Assembly: GCA_963841435.1 (NCBI GenBank)
Contig: CAWJCS010000006.1
Location: 256,001 to 320,000, forward strand
Length of the DNA stretch: 64,000 nt
Origin: an uncultured delta proteobacterium
GTDB taxonomy: Bacteria; Myxococcota_A; Polyangia; Polyangiales; Polyangiaceae
Direction of reading: 5' to 3'
Shown: positions 34,002 through 43,463 of the stretch, one piece after another
Position numbering within the stretch: position 1 is the first letter of the stretch
Layout of the letters: the number at the start of each line of letters is the position of its first letter
The notes under the pieces: model-generated
Database searches by the model: none
The model's input: only the letters and a program-made list of their open reading frames with translations
Told to the model about the DNA's origin: nothing
Made by a program: the position numbers and the translations under genes

Positions 34002-34373
34002 TCAGGTCGGCTCGAGTGGTGAGCGCGCGCCCCCGTTCTCGCGGCTGGGGCTCGCCAGACCCTCGTCGTCGAGGATCTCCTGGCCGATTTCGCGGGCCCG
34101 CCTGACGGCGCCCTCGCCCAGCTCTCCTGCCTTCTTGGCCAGGCGCAGCCGAGTTTGTTGGCCGCTGTTCGGCGCGAGCAAGAGCGCGCCGACGCCGCCC
34201 ACGAGAATCCCGGCGCCGAGGAAAACGAGGTTTCCGGGCCAGCTACGGTGACGTCGCGACAGCCCCACGGGTCGCAGCACGTCGTCGAGCTCCAACGACG
34301 CAAACATCTGCGCAAGCTTCGTGCTGGCGATGGCTGCACCGATGGAGAGTAGGGACTTTTTGTCTAGCTTCAT
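34002..34373 (-). CDS. YtxH-like protein
   Basis: FLGAGILVGGVGALLLAPNSGQQTR motif; DDVL..VGL.RR. Confidence 0.8.
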   Translation of the reverse strand: MKLDKKSLLSIGAAIASTKLAQMFASLELDDVLRPVGLSRRHRSWPGNLVFLGAGILVGGVGALLLAPNSGQQTRLRLAKKAGELGEGAVRRAREIGQEILDDEGLASPSRENGGARSPLEPT

Positions 34374-34406
34374 GAGCACCTTTCTGGGTGGCGAGGCTCC
34401 CCTCCC

Positions 34407-34423
34407 AAGCAAGGGGCGGGCCA
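34407..34423 (-). promoter_or_regulatory. sigma54 promoter
   Basis: TGGCCCGCCCCTTGCTT, GG-N10-GC. Confidence 0.6.
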
Positions 34424-34440
34424 GGTCCCTCGCGCACGCC

Positions 34441-34457
34441 AGGCACGGTCAGTGCAT
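34441..34457 (+). promoter_or_regulatory. sigma54 promoter (predicted 2-nt leader)
   Basis: AGGCACGGTCAGTGCAT, GG-N10-GC. Confidence 0.6.
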
Positions 34458-34468
34458 CGCCGGGTGGC

Positions 34469-34828
34469 ATGCCAAGTCACGTTTCCGTCGAGCAACCCAC
34501 TCACGACCCTGCGGTGGCGGCCGCCCGCGTGGTCGAAAGCGCCGTCAATCTCGCGCGGGCAGAGGCGAAGCTCGTGTTCGCCCAGGTGCGAGCCCAGCTC
34601 CTGAGAATCGTCGGGGCAGTGCTGGCGGGCATGCTGGCGACCTCTGCTGCACAAGTGGCGCTCCTTTTGTGCTCGCTCCCGCCGGTCTTGTTTGCGTCGT
34701 GGTCGCGCTCTGCGCTGATCATCGCGGTGCTCCCGTCCCTCGGTGTGAGCGCTGTCGCGACGTTCCTTGCGGTCTGGGCCCTACGAGGCCTCCGCGGCGC
34801 GCCGGGCATCGCCATGGCATCAAAATGA
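34469..34828 (+). CDS. Membrane protein, holin-like (Phage_holin_3_6/YhjD-type)
   Basis: ..LARAEAKL.. followed by two TM segments. Confidence 0.55.
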   Translation: MPSHVSVEQPTHDPAVAAARVVESAVNLARAEAKLVFAQVRAQLLRIVGAVLAGMLATSAAQVALLLCSLPPVLFASWSRSALIIAVLPSLGVSAVATFLAVWALRGLRGAPGIAMASK

Positions 34829-35211
34829 GGACTCCTCAACCCGATCTCGGTGCCGATGCGGCCGGAGCGCCCATCGGTCAAAGCGTTGCCGCAGCCGAAG
34901 CTTCCGTCGCGCGTGCCGGTGTCGCGTTCTCGGCGAGTCTCCAAGAGGCTTCGCTGGTCGGGCGGGAGACCGGCGGGCGCGTCGTCGCCGTCATACGACC
35001 ACTGCTGATCGGCGCGGGTGTTCTCGCTGCCGCTGCAATCGCCGTGCAGCTCTTGCGGGCCCCGGGCCGGGAGCGCAGGCAGGGGGCTCGAACGGCGCGT
35101 TCCGATCCCTTCTGGTCGGAGCTTGCGTACAAGGGAGCGACGTTGGTGATGACCGTGGTCGCGCGCCGCCTCGCCGAGCGCTGGCTGGGGCCGAGCGTCA
35201 AGCGCGCCTGA
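34825..35211 (+). CDS. Hypothetical membrane-anchored protein
   Basis: ATGA overlap with the upstream gene; one TM. Confidence 0.55.
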   Translation: MRTPQPDLGADAAGAPIGQSVAAAEASVARAGVAFSASLQEASLVGRETGGRVVAVIRPLLIGAGVLAAAAIAVQLLRAPGRERRQGARTARSDPFWSELAYKGATLVMTVVARRLAERWLGPSVKRA

Positions 35212-35223
35212 CACTTCCGCCGT

Positions 35224-36030
35224 TCACACTCGGAAAGAAGAAATGGCCACGCCGGCCCTGCCGTTGCGGGGACCGGCAACGGCTGGGAACCACTCGGGTG
35301 TGGCGAGCTCGTTGCGCTGCTTCGGCAGAGGCTCGCCGAGGTCGAGCAGGAGGATCTCGCTTTCTTCCCTCGCCGTCAGCGAGACGACTCGTTCGGTCGT
35401 GAAGCCGGCTCCGTCCCCCGTCGTGAGGACGACGCCGGCGACCGTGAGCTCGCCGTGAACGACATGGAGCCAAGCGCTTCGTCCGGGCAAGAGCTCGTGG
35501 GCCAGGTGCTGACCACGGTAGAGTAGGGCCGAATACACCACGGCGTCCTGGTGGATGCGAAGCGAGCCTCTCCGAGCGTCGGGCGACGCGATCACACAGA
35601 GCCCAGACCTCCGCTCCGCGGCGCTGAAGCGCTTCTGCTGGTAAACGGGCTCCACCCGCGCCTCGGAGGGGTGCAGCCAGATCTGGAACAGGTGTGCCCA
35701 ATCGTCGAGTGAAGCGTTCGTCTCGCTGTGGCGAATGCGGCTGTCCGCGCCCATGCGCTGGAACTCACCCGCGTGGATGACCCCCGAACGTCCCCTCGAG
35801 TCTTCGTAGGCCACCGCTCCCTCGCGAACGTACGTGAGGATCTCGGCATCGCGCGGGGCTTTGCGCGGCGTGCGGGCTCCGGGTGAAAGGTGGCCTTCGT
35901 TCAGGATCTCCAGCGCTCCGAAACCGTCTGCGAACGGATCGGCTCGATCTTCGGGATGGAAGGTGACCCAGACATCTTGCTTCTTCCGCCGAACATGGTG
36001 GCGCTCCTTCGCTCTGCGGAGCGTGATCAT
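35224..36030 (-). CDS. Pirin family protein (YhhW-like), first two metal-binding His absent
   Basis: FGALEILNE, EILTYV.EG, GEFQRM, IRHSE.N, FQIW, SLRIHQDA. Confidence 0.88.
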   Translation of the reverse strand: MITLRRAKERHHVRRKKQDVWVTFHPEDRADPFADGFGALEILNEGHLSPGARTPRKAPRDAEILTYVREGAVAYEDSRGRSGVIHAGEFQRMGADSRIRHSETNASLDDWAHLFQIWLHPSEARVEPVYQQKRFSAAERRSGLCVIASPDARRGSLRIHQDAVVYSALLYRGQHLAHELLPGRSAWLHVVHGELTVAGVVLTTGDGAGFTTERVVSLTAREESEILLLDLGEPLPKQRNELATPEWFPAVAGPRNGRAGVAISSFRV

Positions 36031-36062
36031 CCCTGCCCGCCGACTCTCCCGGCACCGCCTAG

Positions 36063-36259
36063 CACTACTGTCAGAGTCTTGGAGGAACAGCTCACGATCC
36101 GGCAGAGAGAACATGAGCCACGAAAGCAACTGGCGCGGCCAGCGGGCGGCCGTCTTCGAGCACGAAATGGACGCAAGACGTGGGCGCCGCCGTCCGAAAA
36201 GTTCGCCGCTCGCCAATCTGCGAATTTCTCGAAGCAAACGCGAATCTCTGACAGTAGTG
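36063..36259. mobile_element. 197-bp MITE copy 1, IS701-like
   Basis: 14-bp TIR CACTACTGTCAGAG; 4-bp TSD CTAG (36059-62 / 36260-63). Confidence 0.9.
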
Positions 36260-36381
36260 CTAGGCGGCTCGGAGTGGTGCTCTCAGGGGCCGAGGGGGCG
36301 GACAGGACGTTGGCGCCGAGCACGAGAGGATTCTTCGACATGGCTTGCCGCCTAGCTGCACACACACTCCCAAGAGTCGGT

Positions 36382-37269
36382 TCACCGTCCGGGTTCGACG
36401 AGCGTGTTGCCGTCGAGGCTGACGGCGGTCTGTGCCAAAAGCCTGCCGTTGATCGAGGCTCCGGTTCGCAAGTTGATGGCCGTTTGAGAAAGGAGGATGC
36501 CCTCGACGTGGGCGGTGGTGTCGAGATCGACCTCGCCACTGACCTGCCAGAAGACGTTCTTCGGCAGCGCGCCGCCCGTCAAGACCACGCTGGTGGCACT
36601 TTCTACCGTGAGATCCTGGGCTATCTGAAAGATCCAGACGGCCGTGCTGTTGCCCGTGAGCGTCACGTCATTCGGGATCAGAACCCCCGTGCTCCATTTG
36701 TAGACGCCTGGAGTGAGCGTCATCCCGCCGATGTTTCCGGCGCCGAGCTCGGTCACGTCGGGAGCGCGCCCCGCGGCGTCGGCAAAGGCGAGCAGCATGT
36801 CTTCGACGGCTTGGGTCATGTTCGCCGGTGTGGGAGGCGCGTAGTCCGCCGCGTACACCTTCCCGGTCACCTGCGGCGAAGTCGAAAAGACGCTCGTCGA
36901 ATCCGCCGTCAACGAAAAGCCGGTGATCGAGCTTGCGGCGACCGGGCTCACCCCGAGATTTCCGGTGACCGCCGAGGTCGGCACCGTCGAGATGCCGGTC
37001 ATGGCGAGCACGGCATAGCCTTCGGCCACGCCCAGATCCACGGCAGGCCCACCGTCTTCCGCTCCGACTCCGGCAGTTCCTGAGCCGCCCGTGTGGGAGC
37101 CACCCGAGCCGCCCGAGCCACCCGAGCCGCCGGAGACGCTGGAGCCACTGGAGCCAGCGTTACTGGCCTCGCCGCCGGTGCCTCCACAGGCGGTGGAAAG
37201 GGCGAAGGACGAAACGAACAGCAGCGCTGCCCCAGGTTTTGAGAAGTTAGACACCCATTTCATGATCAT
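36382..37269 (-). CDS. DUF3494 ice-binding-like lipoprotein
   Basis: Lipobox LSTAC, Gly/Ser linker, VDLG.A..YAVLA..GIST, GNLGVSP, TLTPGVYKW, WIFQI, NVFWQV, GRLLAQTAV.LD. Confidence 0.9.
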   Translation of the reverse strand: MIMKWVSNFSKPGAALLFVSSFALSTACGGTGGEASNAGSSGSSVSGGSGGSGGSGGSHTGGSGTAGVGAEDGGPAVDLGVAEGYAVLAMTGISTVPTSAVTGNLGVSPVAASSITGFSLTADSTSVFSTSPQVTGKVYAADYAPPTPANMTQAVEDMLLAFADAAGRAPDVTELGAGNIGGMTLTPGVYKWSTGVLIPNDVTLTGNSTAVWIFQIAQDLTVESATSVVLTGGALPKNVFWQVSGEVDLDTTAHVEGILLSQTAINLRTGASINGRLLAQTAVSLDGNTLVEPGR

Positions 37270-37342
37270 TCTCCGCCACCGCCGCCGTTCACTCCCGCGG
37301 CCGGCGCGGGAGTGACACGACGGGGCCGTGCATGGTGTTTCG

Positions 37343-38242
37343 TTACGGCGCCGGGCTTCTCGGCTGGACGACGATCTCGACGCGCCGATTGTTGGCGCGA
37401 CCCTCGGTCGAGCTGTTGTCCGCGATGGGACGCGTGAGCCCAAAGCCCTGCGCGGTGATGCGATCGCCGGCGATGCCCCGCGTCACGAGGTAGTCGCGAA
37501 CGACGCGTGCCCGCTCTTGAGACAATTGCTGGTTGTAGGGAGCTCCACCCTGCGAGTCGGTGTGGCCCTCGACGACCATGCGCGAATCCGGGTCTTCCTT
37601 GATGAGCGCGGTGGCAACGTCGTTGAGCTTCAACTGGGCAGCTGGGAGCAGCTCCGATTTCGCGGACGTGAAGAGGATGCTGCCGGAAAGCGTGATCACC
37701 ATCCCGCGCGCCTCCTGCTTGACCGTCGCGAACTTGGCAAGGTCGGCGGCCGCTTGCTGGGCACGCTTCTCTGCCTCCACGCGCCGCGCCGTCTCGTCCT
37801 TCAGCTGAACGCCCTGGGCAACGTAAGCCACGTTCTGGGCCGTGGCCTGGGTCTTCGTGCGCTCGAGCTCGGCGGCGGTGTTGGCGACGGCTTTCTTCTC
37901 GTCGGCGTGCATGGCGCTCACGACGCCCTCTTTGGCCTGGTTCGATTGGCGCGTGCGAGCGATGACCACTGCCAGCTCGGTCCTGCGCACGGCAACGTAA
38001 GCCTGATCCCTGGTGGTTTGCGTGTCGCCGTTCTCGGCAAACGAGGCCTCGGCCAGATCGAGCTGCTGCTTGGCGGCGTGCATGCCCGCTGGATTGCCCG
38101 TTTGCGCCGGTCCGTTGCTGGCTCGCGCGTAGGCGTCGCGCGCGTTGAGGAGATCCTTGGGCGGGATGCTGGCTGCGCAGCCGCTGATACCGTAGACGGC
38201 GCCGAGCGCAAGCAGGAGACCTATGTTGCGAGTGACATTCAT
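37343..38242 (-). CDS. DUF4398-OmpA family lipoprotein
   Basis: VEGHTDS.G...YN..LS..RA, GFG..RPIADN....GRA.NRRVEI. Confidence 0.92.
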   Translation of the reverse strand: MNVTRNIGLLLALGAVYGISGCAASIPPKDLLNARDAYARASNGPAQTGNPAGMHAAKQQLDLAEASFAENGDTQTTRDQAYVAVRRTELAVVIARTRQSNQAKEGVVSAMHADEKKAVANTAAELERTKTQATAQNVAYVAQGVQLKDETARRVEAEKRAQQAAADLAKFATVKQEARGMVITLSGSILFTSAKSELLPAAQLKLNDVATALIKEDPDSRMVVEGHTDSQGGAPYNQQLSQERARVVRDYLVTRGIAGDRITAQGFGLTRPIADNSSTEGRANNRRVEIVVQPRSPAP

Positions 38243-38616
38243 TTTACTGCTCCCTGAACGGCGTTCGTTTGATCCTGGGCGGCCGAGTCTTCGACGGCTT
38301 CCTGCCGATCGACTCTTGCACCGGTCTCACGCGTCTGCGCGAGAGCGAGCTCCGCGTCTGCCTTGGCTCGAATGAGGAGACTATCGGCGCGCTCGTTGTC
38401 ACCATCGTTCATCGCGAGCTTCGCACCCGCGATCTGGTCGTCCGCGAGCTTCAGCGACAGCTGCGCCCGAGGCTCGCTGTTGGCGCCGAGCTCCCGCGCG
38501 CTGCGCTCTGCGGATTCTGCGTCGGCCATGCGCTGCACCGGCGCCGGGAAGCTCGCCCCACAAGCGCCCCACAAAAGCGGCGCCCCTATCATCATCGGAA
38601 CAATCAACTTGTACAT
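38239..38616 (-). CDS. DUF4398 lipoprotein
   Basis: Lipobox GAC; A.L.LKLA..Q...A, RA.ADAELA. Confidence 0.8.
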   Translation of the reverse strand: MYKLIVPMMIGAPLLWGACGASFPAPVQRMADAESAERSARELGANSEPRAQLSLKLADDQIAGAKLAMNDGDNERADSLLIRAKADAELALAQTRETGARVDRQEAVEDSAAQDQTNAVQGAVK

Positions 38617-38626
38617 GCCCGTCCCC

Positions 38627-38644
38627 CAAGCACCTTCCGTGCCA
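38627..38644 (-). promoter_or_regulatory. sigma54 promoter (predicted 2-nt leader), identical to 39396-39413
   Basis: TGGCACGGAAGGTGCTTG. Confidence 0.72.
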
Positions 38645-38788
38645 GAAGGGACCGAGGTTGCGCGCGGGTCGAGGAGGCTCCGCGAGGCCTGAATGCGCGC
38701 GTCGGCTTCATCAAGATGACGGAGCGCTCCATCAATCCGAGGGCTCTCGAGGCGGCCCAAGCCTTGGGTCATGCGCTGCCGGGGCCGC

Positions 38789-39046
38789 TCAGCTCGACGC
38801 CATTCGCCAGGTCACCGCGTGATAAACGAGCAAAAGCACGATGGCGCCCACCAGGGACATCAGGACCCCGGCCATGCGCCCTTCTCCGTGAAGGCCAACC
38901 AGCTTCCCGAGATAAGCGCCGACGAACGATCCGACGATGCCGATCACCATCGAGGTGATCCATCCGCCGGACTGGCGCCCGGGCACGATCATCCGTGCGA
39001 GCACGCCGACGGCGAGACCAAAGACCAAGAAGAGGAAGAGCTGCAC
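38789..39046 (-). CDS. GlsB/YeaQ/YmgE stress membrane protein
   Basis: GL.VG.LAR.I.PG, IGIVGS.VG..LG, S.VGAIVLL. Confidence 0.88.
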   Translation of the reverse strand: MQLFLFLVFGLAVGVLARMIVPGRQSGGWITSMVIGIVGSFVGAYLGKLVGLHGEGRMAGVLMSLVGAIVLLLVYHAVTWRMASS

Positions 39047-39049
39047 GAG

Positions 39050-39331
39050 CTATCCCTCTCCATTGACCCCGTCGGCTCCAGCTTTCTTCGGTTCCACGCC
39101 TGCGGCCTGCTCGCTCGAGTCGCCGTTTCCCGGACTGATCTTGGCGATCCACTTGTCGAGCTGCTTCTCCGCGTCCTCCTTGAGGATGCCGTAGCGCTGC
39201 TCTAGCTTGCCGAGCAGCTGTTCCCTCTTGCCCGCGACGCTCTTCAGGTCGTCGTCCGTGAGCTTTGCCCACTGAGACTTCAGCTGCCCGGACAGCTCGT
39301 GCCACCGCCCTTCGATTTGAGTCCAGTTCAT
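39050..39331 (-). CDS. csbD: CsbD/YjbJ general stress protein
   Basis: MNW.QIEG.W....G..K..WAKLTDDDL....GKREQL.GKL..RYG. Confidence 0.9.
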   Translation of the reverse strand: MNWTQIEGRWHELSGQLKSQWAKLTDDDLKSVAGKREQLLGKLEQRYGILKEDAEKQLDKWIAKISPGNGDSSEQAAGVEPKKAGADGVNGEG

Positions 39332-39395
39332 CCGTCGCTTTCCTTTGTGCTCGGGGCCACCGCAAGACGATGGGAGGGTGGCCCGGCCTCGCCCT

Positions 39396-39413
39396 CAAGC
39401 ACCTTCCGTGCCA
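39396..39413 (-). promoter_or_regulatory. sigma54 promoter of the csbD operon
   Basis: TGGCACGGAAGGTGCTTG, divergent from the sigma54 activator gene. Confidence 0.75.
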
Positions 39414-39518
39414 CGCGCTTTACCACTCTCCAGACAGGGTAACCCCGTAAAAGACCTGGCGCCTGGGGCGGCCACGTGGTGCGCTGCATCGAATTGAAGG
39501 ACAAGGTCCTTCAATTCG

Positions 39519-41201
39519 ATGGAACCGATGCGCGCCGACGACTTAGCTCACGAGGAGCTCCTGGAGCTGGACCCGGAGGGCGGAATGATCCGGTTTGCCG
39601 GCCAGCGTGCCCTCTTGCTCGATGCCGTGGCCATGGGGCTCTTGCGAAAGTATCTCGTCGAAAACTTCGGCCTCACGGCAGCACGCACGGTCCTCACCCA
39701 GTTCGGCTTCGCCCACGGCTTTCGCATGGCCGAAGCGATGGAAGCCCAATTCCGTTGGGATACCGACGATGACCGCCTGCTTGCCGGCACCCGCATCAAC
39801 GCGCTCGAGGGTCTCTTCAAGGTTGCACTTGGAAGCAATGGGCCGCTTTCGAAAGAGGGCTTGATGCTCGTCGCCTCCTACGAGGCCGAGCAGCACCTCT
39901 TGCACTTCGGTCGCGCCGACGCGCCGATGTGCTGGACCATTTCCGGCCTCACGAGCGGCTACCTCAGCAAGACCGCAGGCAAGGAGATCTACGTTCTCGA
40001 GGATCGCTGCATGGGCCAGGGCGACGCCGGCTGTCACCTCATCGGGCGCACCCGCGAGGAGTGGGGTGATGCTCGCGCCGAGGAGCTACGTTTCTTCGAA
40101 GGCAAGCAGCTCAAGGAATGCCTCGATGTCTCGCTCCACCGCGTCACGGAGACGTTGAAGGCGGCCGAGCAGAAGCTCCGCGCGCACCAGCGTGCGCTCG
40201 TGCGCGTGGTGAGCGATGTCGACGAGCCGCTCGGAATCGTGGCCAAGAGCGCCAACATGCGGCAGCTCCTGGATCTTGCCCGCCGCGTCGCCAAGGTGGA
40301 CTCGACGGTGCTCATCACCGGCGAGAGCGGATCCGGCAAGGAGCGCGTCGCGCGGCTCGTGCACGACGAGTCCACGCGCGCGGGTGGGCCGTTCGTCGCG
40401 GTCAACTGTGGGGCCATCGCCGAAACGCTGCTCGAAAGCGAGCTCTTCGGACACGCGCGGGGTGCCTTCACGGGAGCGACCCAAGACCGACCAGGGCTAT
40501 TCGAGGCGGCCCACAACGGAACCCTGCTGCTCGACGAGGTCGGCGAGGTCTCGGCGGGCATGCAGGTCAAGCTCCTGCGTGCGCTCCAGGAACGGGAGAT
40601 CCGGCGGGTCGGCGAGAACAAGAATCGGAAGGTGGATGTCCGCATCATCGCCGCCACCAACCGCGAGCTCGCTCATGGCGTGGCAGGAGGGAGCTTCCGG
40701 CAGGATCTCTATTACCGGCTCAAGGTCGTCGAGCTCCACGTACCATCGCTCCGTGAGCGGAGGGAGGACATGCTCCCGCTCGCACGGGTGCTGCTCGGGG
40801 AAGCGGCGCTCAGGATGAAGCGCAACATCGTGGGTCTTGCACCGAACGCTGCCGATCAGTTGCTCCGCTACGAGTGGCCGGGCAACGTTCGTGAGCTCGA
40901 GAACGCGATGGAGCGTGCGGTGGCGCTCGCACGCGGAAGCCGCGTCGAGGTGGGAGACCTGCCCGAAGAGATCCGGCAGGCGTTTCCCATGCCCGTCACC
41001 GGCGCTGGCGCCGGCGCGGTGCGGCCGTTGAACGAGGTCGAGAAGGAGTACATTCTCGCTGCGCTGGAGCTAAACGGGGGAAACCAGACCATCACGGCGA
41101 AGCAACTTCACATCGGCTCGGCAACGCTTTATCGAAAGCTCAAGAGCTACGGCTCGATCCGGGGTAGCCAGCCACCGCCCGGCATCCAAACGAGGGGGTG
41201 A
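39519..41201 (+). CDS. sigma54-dependent activator with XylR_N/V4R input domain
   Basis: [39 protein letters not shown]-terminal HTH. Confidence 0.95.
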   Translation: MEPMRADDLAHEELLELDPEGGMIRFAGQRALLLDAVAMGLLRKYLVENFGLTAARTVLTQFGFAHGFRMAEAMEAQFRWDTDDDRLLAGTRINALEGLFKVALGSNGPLSKEGLMLVASYEAEQHLLHFGRADAPMCWTISGLTSGYLSKTAGKEIYVLEDRCMGQGDAGCHLIGRTREEWGDARAEELRFFEGKQLKECLDVSLHRVTETLKAAEQKLRAHQRALVRVVSDVDEPLGIVAKSANMRQLLDLARRVAKVDSTVLITGESGSGKERVARLVHDESTRAGGPFVAVNCGAIAETLLESELFGHARGAFTGATQDRPGLFEAAHNGTLLLDEVGEVSAGMQVKLLRALQEREIRRVGENKNRKVDVRIIAATNRELAHGVAGGSFRQDLYYRLKVVELHVPSLRERREDMLPLARVLLGEAALRMKRNIVGLAPNAADQLLRYEWPGNVRELENAMERAVALARGSRVEVGDLPEEIRQAFPMPVTGAGAGAVRPLNEVEKEYILAALELNGGNQTITAKQLHIGSATLYRKLKSYGSIRGSQPPPGIQTRG

Positions 41202-41267
41202 GGCGCGGGCTCTTCCGTCGAGACGCGAGCCGCGCCACGCCCGGGGTCATTCAAAATGAATGATCGG

Positions 41268-41462
41268 TCAACCACTTTGACTGGTGTTTTCGTGCTCGGA
41301 CGAGGGGGTGGCTTCGCTCGCAGTCGGCTCCGGCTCCGCAAGCGGGGCCTCGTAATAGGAGAGGACGAATTGCCTCAGTAGCCCGCGCGCTTCGTCGCGC
41401 TCGACGCCCCATTCGGCGCACAGGTAGTCGAGAAAGTCAGTGGGAAGCGCCCCTTTGGACAT
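41268..41462 (-). CDS. Small hypothetical protein (64 aa)
   Basis: MSKGALPTDFLDYLCAEWGVERDEARGLLRQFVLSYY..., protein-like composition. Confidence 0.4.
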   Translation of the reverse strand: MSKGALPTDFLDYLCAEWGVERDEARGLLRQFVLSYYEAPLAEPEPTASEATPSSEHENTSQSG

Positions 41463-41681
41463 CGAATCGGCCGTGGCCAGGCGTGACTGCCAATGAGGCG
41501 ACTCAGCCGTACGGCGGCAGACCTCCACCGTCGTCGGCTTCGTCAGGGATCCTCGGGACAGGCCGCGGGGAGCCAAGCAGTATCCATGCCCGTCGCGCGC
41601 CGCTCGGCGGTCGGGGTGAGCCTCGACCTGAGCAAGGGCGCGCGAGCGCCAACTGGCGCCGTTCGGCAACGTGGCGGTTAG

Positions 41682-41878
41682 CACTACTGTCAGAGATTCG
41701 CGTTTGCTTCGAGAAATTCGCAGATTGGCGAGCGGCGAACTTTTCGGACGGCGGCGCCCACGTCTTGCGTCCATTTCGTGCTCGAAGACGGCCGCCCGCT
41801 GGCCGCGCCAGTTGCTTTCGTGGCTCATGTTCTCTCTGCCGGATCGTGAGCTGTTCCTCCAAGACTCTGACAGTAGTG
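41682..41878. mobile_element. 197-bp MITE copy 2, identical to copy 1 and inverted
   Basis: Same TIRs; TSD TTAG (41678-81 / 41879-82), overlapping the mscS stop codon. Confidence 0.9.
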
Positions 41879-43402
41879 TTAGCCCGTGAAGAATTTCCGG
41901 ATGCGCTCGACGAGGTACTCGCTCCGGCGCCCCTGATCGGTGTCGCCGTCGGTCGCCGTGGCGATGGCCTGGTTCAGCTGATCCATACGCTCGGCGAGAC
42001 GGGCCGTGAGCCGCTCGAGGAGGGCGGGGGTGCGATCGATGATGGGTTTGAACGGGGCGCGCGAGATGACGATGACCTCGCACTCCGTGAGCGCCGTGAC
42101 CGTCGCCGTGCGGCGCTCGCCGGTCAGGAGCGCGGCCTCGCCGAACAGCGAGCCCGCTTCGAGCGTGGTGATGCGCACCGGAGGACGGCCTTCGGGCGCG
42201 ATGGTGACCTCGACGCGCCCGCGCTCGAGGGCGAAGAGGTCGGAGCCGGTGTCGCCCTGGCGCGCGATGGCTTCGCCCGGGGAATAGAGCGCGCTGTGTG
42301 ACGCCTCGGCCACCGTCAGAAGGTCGGAAGGGCTCAGCGATTTGAAGATGTCGAAGCGCGTCAGCCGTTCGAGCGCGATGATTGGCCCGGCCGCTGCGGG
42401 CGGGTCCGTCGTGCCCGCGCGATCCGGGGCGACGCCGGCCGGATAGTGCAGGCCGATCTCGCGGCGCGGGAAAGGGATGTCGATGCGGGCGCGAGCGAGC
42501 GCGTAGTAGAGCCGTTGACGGACGGCGCCGTCGATGGGGTCCTTGCGCCCGGGGTCGGCGATGAAATAGCGAAAGTTGTAGACGACGCCGACGTCACTGA
42601 AGTCCTGGATCAAAACGCTCGGCTCCGGCTGCGCTGCGACGCCCTCGACGCCGCGGATCGAAGCGAGCATCACCTGGCGTACACGCTCGGGCGACACGTC
42701 GTAGGGGAGCGCGATTTCGGTCCGGCTGCGGACGAGCGGCGTGGGGCGCGAGTAATTTCTGACGACGGCGCGGGCCAAAACGCCGTTGGGCACGACGACG
42801 TGGACGCGGGCGAGCGTGAGAAAATGCGTCGCGCGCCAGTTGATTTCCGTGACCTCGCCGAAGCCGTCGGAGCCTTCCTCGAAGCGCACCCAGTCGCCGA
42901 CGGTGATCGTCTGCTGGCCCTGGAGCGCGAGGCCTGCGAACAGGTTGCCGAGCGTGTCCTGCATCGAGAAACCGAGCACGGCCGTGAGCACGGCGGAGGT
43001 CGTGAGGAGCTGTCCGGGCTCGACACCGATGGCGCGCAGGGCCACGAGCGCCACGATGAAATACAGAACGGCCTGAACGACGTCGCGCAGGATCTTGGGC
43101 CAGGGCTTGCCGAACAGGCGTCCGAAGCGCGTGGTCGTGAAGAGGGTGAACAGCGCGCGCATCATGGAGGCGCACCAGGCGAACACCGCGACGAAGTGGA
43201 GCAGCTTGCTCGGGAACTGATCGCCGACGATGAGGCTCATCGCGGCGCGGGAACCCGCGTACACCAGTAGGAGCACGAACGCCCCGCGGATCTGCCGCCG
43301 GTGCTCGCGCGGTACGAGGATCACGACCACCAGTAGCAACAACGCCCCCAGCCCGAGACCGGTGAGCACGGGCTGAAGGCGCACGATCGCGTCCAGAGAC
43401 AC
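41879..43402 (-). CDS. MscS-family channel with C-terminal cNMP-binding domain
   Basis: GFSMQDTLGNLFAGL, GDWV, G.V.EINWRAT, IPFP; FGEAALLTGERRTATV. Confidence 0.92.
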   Translation of the reverse strand: MSLDAIVRLQPVLTGLGLGALLLLVVVILVPREHRRQIRGAFVLLLVYAGSRAAMSLIVGDQFPSKLLHFVAVFAWCASMMRALFTLFTTTRFGRLFGKPWPKILRDVVQAVLYFIVALVALRAIGVEPGQLLTTSAVLTAVLGFSMQDTLGNLFAGLALQGQQTITVGDWVRFEEGSDGFGEVTEINWRATHFLTLARVHVVVPNGVLARAVVRNYSRPTPLVRSRTEIALPYDVSPERVRQVMLASIRGVEGVAAQPEPSVLIQDFSDVGVVYNFRYFIADPGRKDPIDGAVRQRLYYALARARIDIPFPRREIGLHYPAGVAPDRAGTTDPPAAAGPIIALERLTRFDIFKSLSPSDLLTVAEASHSALYSPGEAIARQGDTGSDLFALERGRVEVTIAPEGRPPVRITTLEAGSLFGEAALLTGERRTATVTALTECEVIVISRAPFKPIIDRTPALLERLTARLAERMDQLNQAIATATDGDTDQGRRSEYLVERIRKFFTG

Positions 43403-43418
43403 GGCGGGATGCTATCAC

Positions 43419-43445
43419 CGGGCCCGGCGCGTCGCGCCGGGCCCG
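43419..43445. terminator. Perfect 12-bp stem-loop after the lipoprotein gene
   Basis: cgggcccggcgc-gtc-gcgccgggcccg. Confidence 0.5.
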
Positions 43446-43463
43446 TTTCGCCTGCCCTGCGGG

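Noticed and set aside
36063-41878. Composite transposon formed by the two MITEs
   Set aside because: Each copy has its own different TSD (CTAG vs TTAG), indicating independent insertions
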